Assembly (NCBI RefSeq): GCF_006345805.1
Contig: NC_043000.1
Location: 51,460,001 to 51,524,000, forward strand
DNA length: 64,000 nt
Reading direction: 5' to 3'
Source: Octopus sinensis
Lineage: Eukaryota
Below are positions 63,257 to 64,000 of this stretch, one piece after another. Position numbers and translations under genes: made by a program. Numbering within the stretch: position 1 is the first letter of the stretch; each line of letters begins with the position of its first letter. The notes under the pieces were generated by a model. It was not told the DNA's origin and made no database searches. It saw only the letters and a list, made by a program, of their open reading frames with translations.

Positions 63257-63257
<1 letters not shown>

Positions 63258-63535
63258 TTCTGGCACTCCATTGGTTTTGACGATGAGGGTTCCAGTTGAT
63301 CTGATCAGTGGAACAACTTGCTCATTAAATTAACACGCATGTGGCTGAGCACTCCACAGACACAAGTACCCTTAACGTAGTTCTCAGATTCAGCATGATA
63401 CAGAGTGTGATAAGGTGGGCCCTTTAGAATACAGGTACTATTCGTTTTTGCCAGCTAAGTGAACTGGAGCAACATGAAATAAAGTGTCTTGCTCCAGGAC
63501 ACAACATGTCACCAAGAATTGAACTCACAACCTAT
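63257..63535 (-). mobile_element. tRNA-derived SINE family E
   Basis: Minus-strand B-box-like gagttcaattc, then gtgtcctggagcaagacactttattt; ends in (TTA)n. Confidence 0.8.
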
Positions 63536-63540
63536 CATCA

Positions 63541-63583
<43 letters not shown>

Positions 63584-63599
63584 CATTATTATTATCATT

Positions 63600-64000
63600 A
63601 TCATCTTTCAATTCTGTTTCTATTTCTTGCTGAGTGTCTTCCTGACACCTAGGGCAGAGAAACACACTGTATACGTTGGTAGGCCATTTAGATAGACACT
63701 GGATTGTTCATTTACAAAGTCATGTGATAGAGAAAAAGGGGAAGAAAGACAAAGCGGAAAAATAAAAAATAAAAAAGTAAACAAAGAAAATAAATGGGAA
63801 AAAGGAAAGAAAATTCACAGTGGCAATGCTCTTCTCAGTATGTGTAACATACCTCTTAAGAGAATCTTTTCCTCTTCTTGCATGGATGGTAAGCCTGGAT
63901 TCTTAAATTATTTTCAGTTCTTTTTTTGATCATTCCAAGTGCTCCTACAGTACTGGTATTGTAATTGTCTTGAGATGTCACATCTTTTAAATTTCAATGT
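63600..64000 (-). mobile_element. R4/Dong-clade ORF C-terminus plus 3' UTR, runs off window end
   Basis: IEI*KM*HLKTITIPV.VGALGMIKKRTENNLRI.GLPSMQEEEKILLRGMLHILRRALPL* (stop at 63815-63817); DNA similar to 54040-54110; 3' end abuts (AAT)n. Confidence 0.85.

Overview
AT-rich, microsatellite-dense eukaryotic genomic DNA. It is most likely a coleoid cephalopod (Octopus); this is inferred from the SINE families and (TA)n/(CA)n/(AAT)n load, not from a database match. Almost all of the window is intronic or intergenic. One clear coding exon is present (37834-38066, +): the C-terminal half of a CUB domain plus a Thr/Ser linker. There are also a few weaker exon candidates, including two signal-peptide-like exons. 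The rest is a mobile-element graveyard: at least five tRNA- or RTE-related SINE families, decayed R4/Dong, RTE and CR1/Jockey-like LINE fragments, Tc1/mariner and hAT transposase remnants, and mariner- and piggyBac-type MITEs. The most notable structure is at 8165-8655. It is a fold-back dimer of a tRNA-headed SINE-like element, and each arm carries a Penelope-type minimal hammerhead ribozyme. It appears to have inserted as one unit, with a 13-bp target-site duplication, into an older SINE. A second repeat family (37265-37300 and 62218-62253) has the same minimal hammerhead architecture but a non-canonical core (CUGUNGA). No rRNA, intact tRNA gene or CRISPR array was seen. Boundaries of decayed elements are approximate and family assignments come from recalled motifs, not searches.
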